A stretch of DNA of 64,000 bases, taken from contig JAQSYQ010000009.1 in NCBI GenBank assembly GCA_029256015.1, positions 17,902 through 81,901 of the forward strand, read 5' to 3'. This document shows positions 48,530-59,448 of this stretch, in pieces. The first letter of the stretch is position 1; each line of letters opens with the position of its first letter. The notes below the pieces were generated by a model. It did no database searches. It was given only the letters and a program-made list of their open reading frames with translations, and was not told where the DNA came from. Source of the DNA: Gammaproteobacteria bacterium (GTDB taxonomy: Bacteria > Pseudomonadota > Gammaproteobacteria > Francisellales > CACEW01). Both the position numbers and the translations under genes were made by a program.

Positions 48530-50605
48530 TTATTGTAATACCGAAATATCAGCAACTTGAAGGAAAAGATCCCTTAAGTTCTGCAGCAAAGCTAAGCGGT
48601 TATGCTTAACGGCTTCATCTTCACACATCACCATCACGTCATCAAAAAATGCAGCGATAGGTTGATTGAGTTCGGCAAGGCTGACTAAACATTCCTGATA
48701 AGCTTGGCGATCAAGCAAGCTTTTGCTTTCTTCAGATTTAAGCTGTAAAGCTTTATACAAGCCGATTTCGGCCGCGTCTTTTAATAGCTCAGCTTTAACG
48801 GCAGGGAGCTTCATCGCATTGGCATTCTTATTTAAAATATTGTGAACTCGTTTATTCGCTGCGGCTAAATTTAAGGCCTCGGGCAATTCTCTAAATCCTT
48901 TAACTGCCTGAATTCTTCTGTCTATATCTAATAAGTTAGTGCCGCCTTTTAGCAATACCGCTTGAACGATATCCGCGCTGATGCCGTGTTCTTGATAGTA
49001 GCTATAAAGCCTTTCAAGGCAGAATTCCAGAACGAGTTTTTTAACTTGGGGCTCTACTAGCTTACTGGAGTATAGTGTAACAGCTTGATCGATGAGCTGG
49101 CTTAAATCCAAATTAAGCTGCTTTTCAATCAACAACCTGACTACGCCGATAGCTGCACGTCGTAAGGCAAAGGGGTCCTTGGAGCCTGATGGCTGCTGGC
49201 CAATCCCAAAAATGCCTACCAGGCTGTCGAGTTTGTCAGCAAGTGAGATAATGCGGCCAGTTAAAGTAAGCGGCAAAGCGTCACCTGCAAATCTGGGCTG
49301 GTATTGTTCAAACAGTGCGGCGGCTACTTCCATTTCTTCCCCGCCATGCTGGGCATAATATCTGCCCATAATGCCTTGCAGTTCGGGGAACTCATTGACC
49401 ATGCTGCTGACTAAATCAGTTTTGCTCAATAGCCCGGCACGTTCTGCCATTTCAGGATTAGCGCCTAGCTCATTTGCAATAAAGCCGGCCAATTGTGATA
49501 AGCGTTTGCTTTTGTCCAGCATGCTGCCTAATTTAGCCTGGAAGCTGACTTTTTCTAATACCGGTAAACGATCTTCAAGCCTAGTCTGAAGGTCAACTTG
49601 ATAAAAGAAGGCTGCGTCACTGAGTCTTGCTCGCATCACCTTTTCATTACCCGATTTCACTGAATCTACATGCTTGCTGTCAATGTTGGCAATTGTGATA
49701 AAAAACGGCAGCAATCGGTTATCAATATCGACCAATGCAAAGCATTTTTGGTGAGACTGCATGGATGAAATCAAAGCTTCCTGCGGCACTTTTAAAAACT
49801 CTCCTTCAAAGCGGCAAAGGACTGCAACCGGCCATTCCACAATGGCAGCAACCTCATCCAATAAGCTTTCTGGGACAATGGCTTTGGCTTCCAAAGTCTT
49901 GCTTAGGGCTTCGATCTGATGACTAATTTTTGCTTTGCGTTCATCAAGATCAGCCACTACCCAGCCTTTTTTAAGGAGAATATCTGCATATTCAGAGGGT
50001 TCTGAAATTTTAATAGCTTCGGGATGGTGGAAACGATGACCGAAAGTAAAGCAGCCTGATTTGTGACCAAATAGCTCGGCTTCCACCACCTCTTTACCAT
50101 AGAGCATTAATAGCCAATGAATAGGGCGGATAAATTTATAGTCATGATCGCCCCAGCGCATTTCTCTTTCAAAAGGCAGCTTTTTCAAAGATTCTTTAAC
50201 AATTTCAGGCAATAAATCCTGAGTATCTTTACCCGCTTGTACGGATTGATAAAGGAACCACTCGCCTTTGTCCGTGCTTACCGTAGTCAGTTTATCTAAA
50301 GTGGTATTGCAGCTTGCCAAGAATCCTTGGAGCGCTTTAGTAGGTTTGCCTTCCAAATCAAAGGCGCTCTGTTTAGCAGGGCCTTTCTTTTCAATATGCT
50401 GTTCGGGTTGTTTCGAGCTCAAAGCTTTAACCATTACCGCAATTCTTCTTGGGGCGGCGAAAATAGAAGTTTCAGCGTAATCAAGGCCGGCTGCCTTTAA
50501 GCTGCTTGCAAGGTTTGAGGCAAAGGATTCTGTAATTTCCCTTAACAGCTTTGGTGGCAGCTCTTCCGTTCCAATTTCAATTAAGAAATCTGAGTGCTGA
50601 TTCAT
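48530..50605 (-). CDS. glyS: Glycine-tRNA ligase beta subunit
   Basis: [40 protein letters not shown]; ATGA overlap with glyQ. Confidence 0.97.
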   Translation of the reverse strand: MNQHSDFLIEIGTEELPPKLLREITESFASNLASSLKAAGLDYAETSIFAAPRRIAVMVKALSSKQPEQHIEKKGPAKQSAFDLEGKPTKALQGFLASCNTTLDKLTTVSTDKGEWFLYQSVQAGKDTQDLLPEIVKESLKKLPFEREMRWGDHDYKFIRPIHWLLMLYGKEVVEAELFGHKSGCFTFGHRFHHPEAIKISEPSEYADILLKKGWVVADLDERKAKISHQIEALSKTLEAKAIVPESLLDEVAAIVEWPVAVLCRFEGEFLKVPQEALISSMQSHQKCFALVDIDNRLLPFFITIANIDSKHVDSVKSGNEKVMRARLSDAAFFYQVDLQTRLEDRLPVLEKVSFQAKLGSMLDKSKRLSQLAGFIANELGANPEMAERAGLLSKTDLVSSMVNEFPELQGIMGRYYAQHGGEEMEVAAALFEQYQPRFAGDALPLTLTGRIISLADKLDSLVGIFGIGQQPSGSKDPFALRRAAIGVVRLLIEKQLNLDLSQLIDQAVTLYSSKLVEPQVKKLVLEFCLERLYSYYQEHGISADIVQAVLLKGGTNLLDIDRRIQAVKGFRELPEALNLAAANKRVHNILNKNANAMKLPAVKAELLKDAAEIGLYKALQLKSEESKSLLDRQAYQECLVSLAELNQPIAAFFDDVMVMCEDEAVKHNRLALLQNLRDLFLQVADISVLQ

Positions 50606-51516
50606 GCTAGCTCTCCCTTCAATGGACACATGGGAAAGCCCAAAGCTTCTCTAGCCTCATAGTAAGATTTGGCTACGGCCAAGGACAAAGCCCTTACCCT
50701 TAAAATAAAACGTTGCCGCTCGGTAACTGAAATAGCTTTTCTGGCATCCAATAAGTTAAAAGTGTGGGAGGCTTTTAGGGCCATTTCATAGGCAGGTAGC
50801 GCCAGTTTTTCTGTCATAAGTCGGTGGCTTTCACTTTCAAAAAAATCAAATTGTTTGAACAAAGCTTCAACGGGCGCCTGCTCAAAGTTATAAGTAGACA
50901 TTTCCACTTCGTTTTGTTTAAACACATCCCCATATTTAACAGGGCCGAAGGGGCCGATACTCCAAACCAAATCATACATAGAATCGACGTCTTGCAAATA
51001 CATGGCAAGTCTTTCAAGTCCATAGGTGATTTCACCGGTAACCGGTTTACATTCTAGGCCGCCTACTTGCTGGAAATAGGTAAACTGGGTGACTTCCATA
51101 CCGTTAATCCACACTTCCCAGCCCAATCCCCAGGCTCCTGCAGTAGGAGACTCCCAGTTATCTTCTACAAAGCGGACATCATGTTCTAAAAGATCTACTC
51201 CTAGCGCTTTTAAAGAACCCAGGTAAAGTTCTTGAATATTGTCAGGAGAGGGCTTCATAACGACTTGAAACTGATAGTAATGCTGAGCTCGGTTAGGATT
51301 CTCTCCATAGCGGCCATCAGTTGGGCGACGGCAGGGTTGAACATAAGCTGCGTTCCATGGCTCAGGGCCAATAGCCCTTAAAAAAGTAGCAGGGTGGAAA
51401 GTCCCGGCCCCCATTTCCATGTCATAAGGTTGAACAATGATGCATCCCTGTTCAGCCCAGTATCGCTGTAAGGTAAAAATAATGTCTTGGAAGCTTGGGC
51501 TATTGGCCTTTTGCAT
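50602..51516 (-). CDS. glyQ: Glycine-tRNA ligase alpha subunit
   Basis: [38 protein letters not shown]. Confidence 0.98.
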   Translation of the reverse strand: MQKANSPSFQDIIFTLQRYWAEQGCIIVQPYDMEMGAGTFHPATFLRAIGPEPWNAAYVQPCRRPTDGRYGENPNRAQHYYQFQVVMKPSPDNIQELYLGSLKALGVDLLEHDVRFVEDNWESPTAGAWGLGWEVWINGMEVTQFTYFQQVGGLECKPVTGEITYGLERLAMYLQDVDSMYDLVWSIGPFGPVKYGDVFKQNEVEMSTYNFEQAPVEALFKQFDFFESESHRLMTEKLALPAYEMALKASHTFNLLDARKAISVTERQRFILRVRALSLAVAKSYYEAREALGFPMCPLKGELA

Positions 51517-51632
51517 GATGTCCCTTCAAAATGTGATAAAGATTTGCCATAGTATATCAAAATCTGGGCTAAACTAAATTAGCTAATAGAATGTGTGCAG
51601 CAATGTAGCATAACCAAAAAAGGAGCGTAGAT

Positions 51633-52256
51633 ATGCATCCATTATCAAGACCCGGTGTAAGCGAAGAAAACTTAAAAGTATTTATCGGCAATAATGCAGA
51701 AAAAATCATTCGTCGAGGCGCAAGAGATATTTCCTGGTGCTGGCCTGCTTTCTTTTTTAGCTTTTTATGGCTGGCTTATCGTAAGGCTTATTTAGCAGCT
51801 TTTTTGGTTCTGGTAGTTGAGTTCTGCTTTCAAGCTCTGGATTATTATGGAGTTGCAACGGGCATCGCCGGCTTTCATTTTCACTATTCCATATTACTTG
51901 TGCACTTCGCTGTCGCTTTATTTGGATTGCGCTATTACTTACGTTTCGCTAGTAAAAAAGTGGCTAAAATCAATGCGGAAACCGCAGATTCCAGCTCACG
52001 CGATACTTTGTATCATGCTAAAGGCAGAACTTCTGCTGCCAGTGTAGTGGGCATTATGCTGCTCAGCATGATAATAAACGGCGGTGTTTTGTATACAGTG
52101 GGTGGACCTGCTGCATTTCACCATTTAGTGGTTCAAAGCGAAAGCACCCAAACTGAAAGTGCTCAAGTCACCACTGTTACCGTGCAAAATGCCAATACTT
52201 CGATTCATAGCGTGATTACTACCAGCACTAAAGCCAATGTAAAAACCGCAAGTTAG
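51633..52256 (+). CDS. DUF2628-like membrane protein
   Basis: F.G.NA...W.WPAFFF..LWLAYRK.Y. Confidence 0.7.
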   Translation: MHPLSRPGVSEENLKVFIGNNAEKIIRRGARDISWCWPAFFFSFLWLAYRKAYLAAFLVLVVEFCFQALDYYGVATGIAGFHFHYSILLVHFAVALFGLRYYLRFASKKVAKINAETADSSSRDTLYHAKGRTSAASVVGIMLLSMIINGGVLYTVGGPAAFHHLVVQSESTQTESAQVTTVTVQNANTSIHSVITTSTKANVKTAS

Positions 52257-52295
52257 AAACCCTCCCTGCCCCTCTTTCCACAGAGGGGCTTTTTC
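52257..52295 (+). terminator. Half copy of the AAATCCCTCC-family element acting as terminator
   Basis: GCCCCTCT-ttccac-AGAGGGGC-TTTTT; resembles reverse complement of 20584-20617. Confidence 0.65.
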
Positions 52296-52324
52296 TTAGC
52301 AACGATAGGCAGGTAGAGATTTTA

Positions 52325-52365
52325 TTGACAAATCTGTTGCCTCAAATGATAATGATTCTCATTTG
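52325..52365 (+). promoter_or_regulatory. sigma70 promoter overlapped by a Fur box
   Basis: TTGACA-17bp-GATAAT; palindrome CAAATGATAATGATTCTCATTTG (52343-52365). Confidence 0.85.
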
Positions 52366-52383
52366 AGATTCAATGAGGTTTCC

Positions 52384-53619
52384 ATGCAAGCTTTAAATCA
52401 AAAAAAGTTTTGGCCTTACCTATTCTTTTTTGCAGTGGGACCGGGCTTGGTGGTGATGCTGGCTGATACTGACGCTGGAAGTTTGATTACTTCTGCCCAA
52501 AGTGGTGCGGTATGGGGCTATCGAATGCTCTTGCTGCAGCTTATTTTGATTCCCATTTTATTTATTGCCCAAGAGCTTACTGTGCGTCTAGGCGTGGCAA
52601 CTCAGCAAGGCCATGGTGAGTTAATCAAAAGTCATTTTGGTAAATACTGGGCTTGGCTTTCGGTGGGAACCTTGCTGCTGTCTTGTATTGGAGCAATTAT
52701 TACTGAATTTAGCGGGATTGCAGGAATAGGCCATCTTTTGGGCTTACCAACCTATATTAGCATGGCTATTGTCATTGCTTTTCTCTTGCTAATTACTTGG
52801 ACCGGCAGTTATCAAAGTACCGAGCGCTGCGCTATTTTAATTGGATTGTTTGAGCTTGTTTTTGTTGTTGTGGCAGTTATGGCCCATCCTCATTATAACG
52901 AGGCTTGGCAGGAAATGTGGAACATCCCTATTCATAATGCGCAATTTATGTATCTGGCTGCTGCTAACGTAGGCGCAGTCGTGATGCCTTGGATGGTTTT
53001 TTATCAACAGTCTGCTGTGGTAGATAAAAAATTAGGCCCAGTACATTTAAAAAGTGCTCGAATTGATACCGCTGTAGGGGCAGTAATTACCCAAGTTATT
53101 ATGGTTTCTATGATGGTTATCACTGCGGCCACTATCGGCAAAAAAAATCCAGGAGCTACATTGGATACTGTCGAGCAAATTAGCCAGGCTTTAATTCCCT
53201 TTTTAGGGAAAACTGCAGGCGAGATTCTATTTGCTTTGGGAATGCTAGGGGCTTCTTTAATTGCGGCTATCGTCGTCTCTTTGACCGCTGCTTGGGGCTT
53301 GGGAGAAGTGACTGGATATAAGCGCTCGCTTGAGCATCATCCCAAAGAAGCGCCCTGGTTTTATGGGGTTTATACTTTGGTTTTAATACTGGGCGGAGTG
53401 CTGGTTGCCTCTAAAATCAATTTGGTTTCTTTAAGTGTGGCCGTTGAAGTAATGAATGCTGTTTTATTGCCCATTGTATTGGGTTTCTTATATATGTTAG
53501 CTATAAAAGCTTTGCCTGAGGCTTATCGATTGAAAGGCAAATACGCGATATTTGTGGGTATTATTCTTGGAGTAACCGCGATATTTGGTTTAGTCGCAGG
53601 CTTGTGGTCATTGGTTTAA
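52384..53619 (+). CDS. NRAMP-family divalent metal transporter
   Basis: GPGLVVMLADTDAG, QE..VRLG, GAVVMPWM.FYQQS; start ATG 52384 with GAGG RBS. Confidence 0.9.
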   Translation: MQALNQKKFWPYLFFFAVGPGLVVMLADTDAGSLITSAQSGAVWGYRMLLLQLILIPILFIAQELTVRLGVATQQGHGELIKSHFGKYWAWLSVGTLLLSCIGAIITEFSGIAGIGHLLGLPTYISMAIVIAFLLLITWTGSYQSTERCAILIGLFELVFVVVAVMAHPHYNEAWQEMWNIPIHNAQFMYLAAANVGAVVMPWMVFYQQSAVVDKKLGPVHLKSARIDTAVGAVITQVIMVSMMVITAATIGKKNPGATLDTVEQISQALIPFLGKTAGEILFALGMLGASLIAAIVVSLTAAWGLGEVTGYKRSLEHHPKEAPWFYGVYTLVLILGGVLVASKINLVSLSVAVEVMNAVLLPIVLGFLYMLAIKALPEAYRLKGKYAIFVGIILGVTAIFGLVAGLWSLV

Positions 53620-53621
53620 AT

Positions 53622-53651
53622 AAGAGGCGCTGTGTTGAATCAGCGCCTCTT
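53622..53651. terminator. Bidirectional terminator
   Basis: AAGAGGCGCTG...CAGCGCCTCTT between convergent genes. Confidence 0.7.
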
Positions 53652-53657
53652 TATTGA

Positions 53658-54854
53658 TTAGGCAAACTCTTTCAGATGATAAGAGCGGATGTAAGCAACA
53701 AATTCCTGCAACTGCTTAATCCCGCTTTTTTCCGCTTCCACACACCATTGGTGTAAAGCTTGCAACAATTCAGCATTGCTTGCTGTGGTGCGGCTCCAGA
53801 TTTCTTGGAGTCTACGGCGATATTCATACACTACTGCCAAGGTACGGCTATTAGCCAAAGCGCGATCAATATGAGGCATTTCTTCAGGCTTAATCAGCGC
53901 ATCATTACGCTTTAATAAGCTTTTAGTTTTTGCACATAAGCTGCGATATTTGATGTTGTCCCAAGTGTTTTTTCGTTCGCTTTTAAATACAGGAACAATC
54001 ACTTCTTGCATATAGCGAGTTAAAAGCTGCAAGCGGTTATTGATAATGGCTTTTAATGTATCCATATCCACTTCATGCTTATTAGCCAAAGCTTTTGGCG
54101 TAGGAGGCAAGCGTTTCACTTTCGCCAATCCTAAAATAGACAGAGTTTTGATATAGGCCCAGCCGATATCAAATTCCCACCACTTTACCGATAATTTAGC
54201 GGAGGTGCCATAGGTGTGATGATTGTTATGAAGCTCTTCTCCTGCAACAAAGATACCCCATGGAATAATATTTCTTGCTGCATCTGGGCATTCAAAATTG
54301 CGATAGCCAAAATAGTGGCCGATTCCATTAATAATGCCCGCTGCGAAGAATGGAGTCCAAGCCATTTGCACTCCCCAAACAATTAAACCGGGTCCGCCAA
54401 GCAAAAGTAAATCGACATAAAGCAGTAATATAATGCCTAATTTACCGCGTAAGAATTTAGTAGAATAAACATGGCGCTCAAGCCAGTCATCAGGGGTGCC
54501 TTTGCCATATTTTTCTAAGGTTTCAGGGATTTTCTTTTCAGCACGATAGAGCTCGGCACCTTGCCATAAAACAGTGCTCAAGCCCTCAACTTGCGGGCTA
54601 TGCGGATCATCTATGGTTTCGCATTTGGCATGATGTTTTCTATGAACTGCGACCCATTCTTTGGTTTTCATGCCAGTGGTAAACCACAGCCAGAATCTGC
54701 AAAAGTGCGAAGCGATAGGGTGCAAGTCTAAGGCACGATGCGCCTGGCCTCGATGCAAGAAAATGGTGATACAAGCCATGGTGATATGGGTGCTGACTAA
54801 AGTAAATATGATGTAGCCCCACCAAGGTAAATTGAGTAAGCCGTAGAATGACAT
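53658..54854 (-). CDS. desA: Delta-9 fatty acid desaturase (DesA type)
   Basis: His boxes HRGQAH, HRKHH, EELHNNHH. Confidence 0.92.
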   Translation of the reverse strand: MSFYGLLNLPWWGYIIFTLVSTHITMACITIFLHRGQAHRALDLHPIASHFCRFWLWFTTGMKTKEWVAVHRKHHAKCETIDDPHSPQVEGLSTVLWQGAELYRAEKKIPETLEKYGKGTPDDWLERHVYSTKFLRGKLGIILLLYVDLLLLGGPGLIVWGVQMAWTPFFAAGIINGIGHYFGYRNFECPDAARNIIPWGIFVAGEELHNNHHTYGTSAKLSVKWWEFDIGWAYIKTLSILGLAKVKRLPPTPKALANKHEVDMDTLKAIINNRLQLLTRYMQEVIVPVFKSERKNTWDNIKYRSLCAKTKSLLKRNDALIKPEEMPHIDRALANSRTLAVVYEYRRRLQEIWSRTTASNAELLQALHQWCVEAEKSGIKQLQEFVAYIRSYHLKEFA

Positions 54855-55034
54855 TAGGTCCTCCTTTGTATCGCTGTTCTCTCTGCATTATAGTTTGCTT
54901 ATTAAAGAGACGAAACGATAGTAATCCTGACAATAGAATTTATTGCAGGGATTATACTCTGAAACCCTAAATAAATCAAGCTTTTGAAGGCCGTTAAAAA
55001 GGAGTATAATCAGTGCCTTACAAGGAATCAGAGC

Positions 55035-55850
55035 ATGCCAGAACTTCCAGAAGTAGAAACTGTCAGAAGGACCCTTCTTTTAAGTTGTGAAGGCCAAACC
55101 ATTAAAAAAGTCATTATTAGAAGACCTGATTTACGTTGGCCCATTCCTGCCAATCTAGCCAAGCTCATTGAAAATAAAAAAATTATAGCTCTTAAAAGAA
55201 GAGGCAAATATCTGCTATTTGAATTTGCTCATGGCAATTTGATTATACATTTAGGAATGTCCGGGGTACTCAAAATAGTGAAGCCTGATTTGCCCGTTGG
55301 CAAACATGACCACTTTGATCTTTTACTGTCTGATATTTGTTTAAGGCTAAATGATACTCGCCGATTTGGTGCAGTTTTATGGGAAGATTCTGATCATTTG
55401 CATCCTTTATTAGCGAGCCTTGGACCTGAACCTTTGTCCGAAACCTTTAATGCAGAGCTACTTTATAAACTGAGTAGAAAGCGTCAGGCTGCAATTAAAT
55501 TAGTGATTATGGATAGCCATGTTGTAGTAGGAGTGGGCAATATTTATGCTAATGAAGCCCTGTTTCTTGCCAAAATTCATCCTGAGGTTTCAGCTGCCCG
55601 TTTAAGTCAAACAGACTGTGAAAATTTAGTGAGCGCAATCAAGCAAGTCTTGGCAAGAGCGATTGAGCAAGGCGGTACCACTTTAAAAGACTATCGGGAT
55701 GGTCGAGGGAAACCGGGATATTTTCAACAGGAGTTATCTGTGTACGGCAGAAGCGGGAAGCCATGCTTGTTATGCCATACTGAGCTTCAAGAAAGCCGCT
55801 TAGGCCAACGCACAACAGTTTATTGTGCACAATGCCAGGTGAAATCTTAG
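55035..55850 (+). CDS. mutM: Formamidopyrimidine-DNA glycosylase
   Basis: MPELPEVET, RRGKYL, HLGMSG, GVGNIYA, C-terminal zinc finger. Confidence 0.97.
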   Translation: MPELPEVETVRRTLLLSCEGQTIKKVIIRRPDLRWPIPANLAKLIENKKIIALKRRGKYLLFEFAHGNLIIHLGMSGVLKIVKPDLPVGKHDHFDLLLSDICLRLNDTRRFGAVLWEDSDHLHPLLASLGPEPLSETFNAELLYKLSRKRQAAIKLVIMDSHVVVGVGNIYANEALFLAKIHPEVSAARLSQTDCENLVSAIKQVLARAIEQGGTTLKDYRDGRGKPGYFQQELSVYGRSGKPCLLCHTELQESRLGQRTTVYCAQCQVKS

Positions 55851-55903
55851 ACAAATTAGTATATATTTAATTTCGTTTAAATGTGTAAGTACCGGGATAG
55901 CTT

Positions 55904-56311
55904 ATGTATAGCCAAACTACGCATCAAATCGAAGTGAAAGTGGGTTCACGGTTTTTGCCTGAGCATTCCTCAGAGGATGATCAAAGCTATACCTGGGTTT
56001 ATGAAATCAGCATAACTAACCAGAGCGATAAGCTAGTTCAGCTATTAAACCGGCACTGGATTATAACTGACCTAAATGGTCATGTTGAGGAAGTCAAAGG
56101 CCCGGGTGTAGTGGGTTTGCAGCCTATCATTAACCCAGGTGAAACTTTTTCCTACAGCAGCTTTTGTGTATTGCATACTCAGAATGGTTCCATGAAAGGA
56201 GCTTATGAGATGCAGGATTTAGCCCGTAATAAATTCCAAGTCGCTATTCCTGAGTTTTTATTGTTACAAGACGGCCCTGGCGTTAAAATCGATCCGAGAC
56301 TCTTACATTAA
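55904..56311 (+). CDS. apaG: ApaG protein
   Basis: VQLL.RHWIITD, EVKGPGVVG.QP, GSM.G.Y. Confidence 0.95.
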   Translation: MYSQTTHQIEVKVGSRFLPEHSSEDDQSYTWVYEISITNQSDKLVQLLNRHWIITDLNGHVEEVKGPGVVGLQPIINPGETFSYSSFCVLHTQNGSMKGAYEMQDLARNKFQVAIPEFLLLQDGPGVKIDPRLLH

Positions 56312-56342
56312 TTGAATTGCCATCAACTATGTTGCTGTCTTC

Positions 56343-56437
56343 CTGGTCCCCGCCGCGGTTTATCCTCGACCTGATTGGGGGCGGGAATGACAAGTGGTTT
56401 TGTCATCCTGGGGCTGCAAAGCAGAACCTGGGATCCA
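56343..56437. repeat. Pair of REP/RPE-like palindromes
   Basis: CTGGTCCCCGCC...GGCGGGAATGAC then GTCATCC...GGATCCA. Confidence 0.6.
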
Positions 56438-56464
56438 TTTTTTGTTGTCAATTTGGGGGCTGAA

Positions 56465-56576
56465 ACGGTACGCTCAGTTTGAATTAAAGAAGCCCTGATA
56501 TAGTTTTTACTCTGCGCAAGCTTTCTCTTGTAAAAATTTCACGCAAGCTTAAGATGAGGCAAACTGAGCGTACCGT
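56465..56576. mobile_element. 112-bp MITE with perfect 17-bp TIRs and 4-bp target duplication
   Basis: TGAA|ACGGTACGCTCAGTTTG...CAAACTGAGCGTACCGT|TGAA. Confidence 0.85.
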
Positions 56577-56647
56577 TGAAACTGATAATTATTGCAGAAT
56601 TTTTGGTATAGGCTAAACTCGGCAATGCATTTCTTAGGAAGCTTACA

Positions 56648-57988
56648 ATGCCGATTGATCATAAACCCAAAAAACTTATTATCGGGCTAGGTAAAACTGG
56701 CATTTCTTGCATTGAATATCTGCTTCCCAACTTTGATTTGGTGGTATTTGACACCCGTCCTACTTTGACTGAATTTAGCAACTATCAGGCTCGCTGGCCC
56801 GGTATTCCTATGTATGCAGGCACTTTGCCCGATGCAGTGCTGGATCAAATTCAAGAAGTGGTAGTGAGTCCCGGAGTCAGCCTCGATATTCCTGTGATTC
56901 AAGAAGCCAGAAGAAGAAATTTGCCTATTATTGGGGATGTAGAGCTTTTTGTAAGGGTTGCCGGCGCTCCGATTATCGGTATTACAGGAACTAATGCTAA
57001 AAGTACTGTCACCACTTTAGTCACCGAGATGATCAATGCGGCCGGTAAGCGAGCCAAAATGGGCGGCAATATTGGTCTTCCTGCTTTGGACCTTTTACAA
57101 GAGCATGTGCCCGATTACTATGTGCTGGAATTATCAAGCTTTCAGTTGGAAACCACTCACTCATTAAAAGCTTTGGTGGCTGCCATATTGAATGTGACTC
57201 CAGATCATTTAGACAGGCATGGCTCAATGGAAGCTTATCAGGCTGCCAAAGAAGTTATTTATCACAATTGCGCTCATCCTGTCATTAATAGGGCGATGAA
57301 GTTTAACATCCAATTTGATAGCTCCCCCATTAGTTTTGGTTTAGATAAGCCCTCTGAGGGCCAGTTCGGATTGTTAGAGCAAGATGGCCAGGCTTATTTG
57401 GCTTTAGGTGACAAGCCCTTAATGCCGGTATCTGAAATGAGCCCTGGATTATCCGGGCAGCACAATGTTGAAAACGCTTTGTCCGCTTTAGCCATTGCCT
57501 CTCCTTTAGCTTTGCCCATGGGGCCAATGTTAGAGGTGATTAAAAAGTTTAAGGGCCTGCCACATCGTTGCAGATTGGTAGCCGAAATTGATGGAGTTAA
57601 ATGGTTTAACGACTCTAAGGGGACCAATGTGGGGGCGACTTTGGCTGCCATAGAAGGCCTTGGTCCTCAGTGCAAAGGCAAGCTAGTTTTACTGGCGGGT
57701 GGAGTGGGCAAAGGCCAGGATTTCAGCTTGCTCGCTCCTGCTGTGAATAAATATGTAAGCTCGGTGATTTTATTTGGAGAAGACGCCAAAAAAATTGCGC
57801 AAGGCCTGCCAGATGTTCACAAAGAATTTGCGCTAAGCTTTGAAGAAGTCATCAAAAAAGCCAAAATGCTGTCAAAGTCGGGCGATAATGTATTGCTATC
57901 TCCAGCCTGTGCCAGTTTGGATATGTTCAAAAACTATGAGCACCGGGGCCAAGTTTTTGAGCAGCTTGTCATGCAGATGCCTCAATAA
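56648..57988 (+). CDS. murD: UDP-MurNAc-L-Ala:D-Glu ligase
   Basis: GITGTNAKSTVT, ELSSFQLE, DHLDRH, NDSKGTN, SPACASLDMF. Confidence 0.97.
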   Translation: MPIDHKPKKLIIGLGKTGISCIEYLLPNFDLVVFDTRPTLTEFSNYQARWPGIPMYAGTLPDAVLDQIQEVVVSPGVSLDIPVIQEARRRNLPIIGDVELFVRVAGAPIIGITGTNAKSTVTTLVTEMINAAGKRAKMGGNIGLPALDLLQEHVPDYYVLELSSFQLETTHSLKALVAAILNVTPDHLDRHGSMEAYQAAKEVIYHNCAHPVINRAMKFNIQFDSSPISFGLDKPSEGQFGLLEQDGQAYLALGDKPLMPVSEMSPGLSGQHNVENALSALAIASPLALPMGPMLEVIKKFKGLPHRCRLVAEIDGVKWFNDSKGTNVGATLAAIEGLGPQCKGKLVLLAGGVGKGQDFSLLAPAVNKYVSSVILFGEDAKKIAQGLPDVHKEFALSFEEVIKKAKMLSKSGDNVLLSPACASLDMFKNYEHRGQVFEQLVMQMPQ

Positions 57989-59442
57989 AGCTGAATCCAG
58001 CCCTGTAGCCAATAATTAGGCGAGTTCACACAAATCTGCTCTGCGCAGGAAACCGTATAATTCACTTCCATTTGAGGGAGCTTGGCAATAACAGGCAATA
58101 TGCCCAGTGCCAACAAAATTAAGGCTATGATGAGTAAGGCTATCAAGCCAATATGCAAGTATTGAGTAACAGGTAAAGTTGTTCTATTGCTGAAATATAG
58201 GCTTAAAGCCCATCCAACTATTAAGCTCAACATCACCTGGCTAAGCGGCATGACCAAAGTCCCGCTGAACATCGAATCAAAGCCAGCCATTAACAATGAG
58301 GCGCTAAGGCCAATATATAAGTTGGCATTGGCTTGGGATTTTGCTTGTTCTTTGGCAAAACCTATCCAGCGCCAAAGTCCCATGAAGATTAAAGAAACCA
58401 TCATCAGAGCTGCCGGAATGCCCCACTCACAGGCTAGTAATAGAATACCGTTATGAGGATGAGCGACCAGCTGTTCGTAAGAGTAGGCATAATAGGGGAA
58501 ATGTAGAGGCCCAACCCCAAGTAATGGATGGGATTTGATTAAATGAAGGGCCACCGCCCAAATTTGCAGGCGATTATCAGGATCAAGTAAGCTTAAATGC
58601 CTCAAGGGTAAAGAAATAAGCCAATGGTAAAGGATAAAATATAAAGCAATGCCGCCTAGTACCGCCAAGATTTGATTCAATAAATACTGTTTAGCCGATT
58701 TGCCAAATACAGTGATAAGCAAGATAGCTGTTGCAATGCTTCCTAAATCTAAAGCCCTTGATTGCCCGGCAAAGCCCAGGCACCACCAATAGGCTGCCAG
58801 GGTAAATAAGGCGCCGCGTAGCAGTCTGCTTTTGCTGGGGTACAGTAAATTAGGTAAAACTACCAAGCCTAGACTCCAACTCATCAAGTCGGTTAAAAAG
58901 CGTGGGTTGTTAAAAGTAGGGGCAGACAACACATAAAATAAATTGGTAGAAGCTGGAATATCGCTAAGGTGATTGGCGATAAACAATAAAGTCATTATCG
59001 CTATCAGGCTATAACAGCCGATGGCAAGCATTAAGCCATAGAGCAAGATGCGGTCAAAATGGGCGTTAAAACTCTTTCTTAATGCAGCAAAATGAAAGAC
59101 CAATACCACTATCATCAAAGCGGTGGCCCAGTCTAAAAAAGCAAAGGTCGGGATAGCGGACAATGAAGCTGAAATGGCGCCTAAGGCAAAGAATCCCAGC
59201 AGTAATATTCTGCTCGTCCTAGGTAAGTGCAAAAAGCTCGACAAGCCTTGCTCTCTCAGGCTTTTGCTTGACAGCAACATGAGGCTGCTTATTAAAAATA
59301 AGCTCAATTGAGTAATGCGTCGGATGTCGTAAAAAGAATAAGCGGGCAGGGCCCATCTTACCGTCAAAGCATTGATTAATACAAAAAGTCCAAGCAGAAG
59401 CAATCCAAACAAGACAGTACTAAGAGTCGAGATTCTGTTCAT
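57982..59442 (-). CDS. O-antigen ligase / pilin O-oligosaccharyltransferase-like protein
   Basis: Polytopic; R..IW......HPLLGVG..F, AHPHN..L..ACEWG. Confidence 0.85.
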   Translation of the reverse strand: MNRISTLSTVLFGLLLLGLFVLINALTVRWALPAYSFYDIRRITQLSLFLISSLMLLSSKSLREQGLSSFLHLPRTSRILLLGFFALGAISASLSAIPTFAFLDWATALMIVVLVFHFAALRKSFNAHFDRILLYGLMLAIGCYSLIAIMTLLFIANHLSDIPASTNLFYVLSAPTFNNPRFLTDLMSWSLGLVVLPNLLYPSKSRLLRGALFTLAAYWWCLGFAGQSRALDLGSIATAILLITVFGKSAKQYLLNQILAVLGGIALYFILYHWLISLPLRHLSLLDPDNRLQIWAVALHLIKSHPLLGVGPLHFPYYAYSYEQLVAHPHNGILLLACEWGIPAALMMVSLIFMGLWRWIGFAKEQAKSQANANLYIGLSASLLMAGFDSMFSGTLVMPLSQVMLSLIVGWALSLYFSNRTTLPVTQYLHIGLIALLIIALILLALGILPVIAKLPQMEVNYTVSCAEQICVNSPNYWLQGWIQLY

Positions 59443-59448
59443 TATATT

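Noticed and set aside
48045-48538. Two short ORFs as a transposase
   Set aside because: Lie within the palindromic MITE; no DDE/HUH motifs
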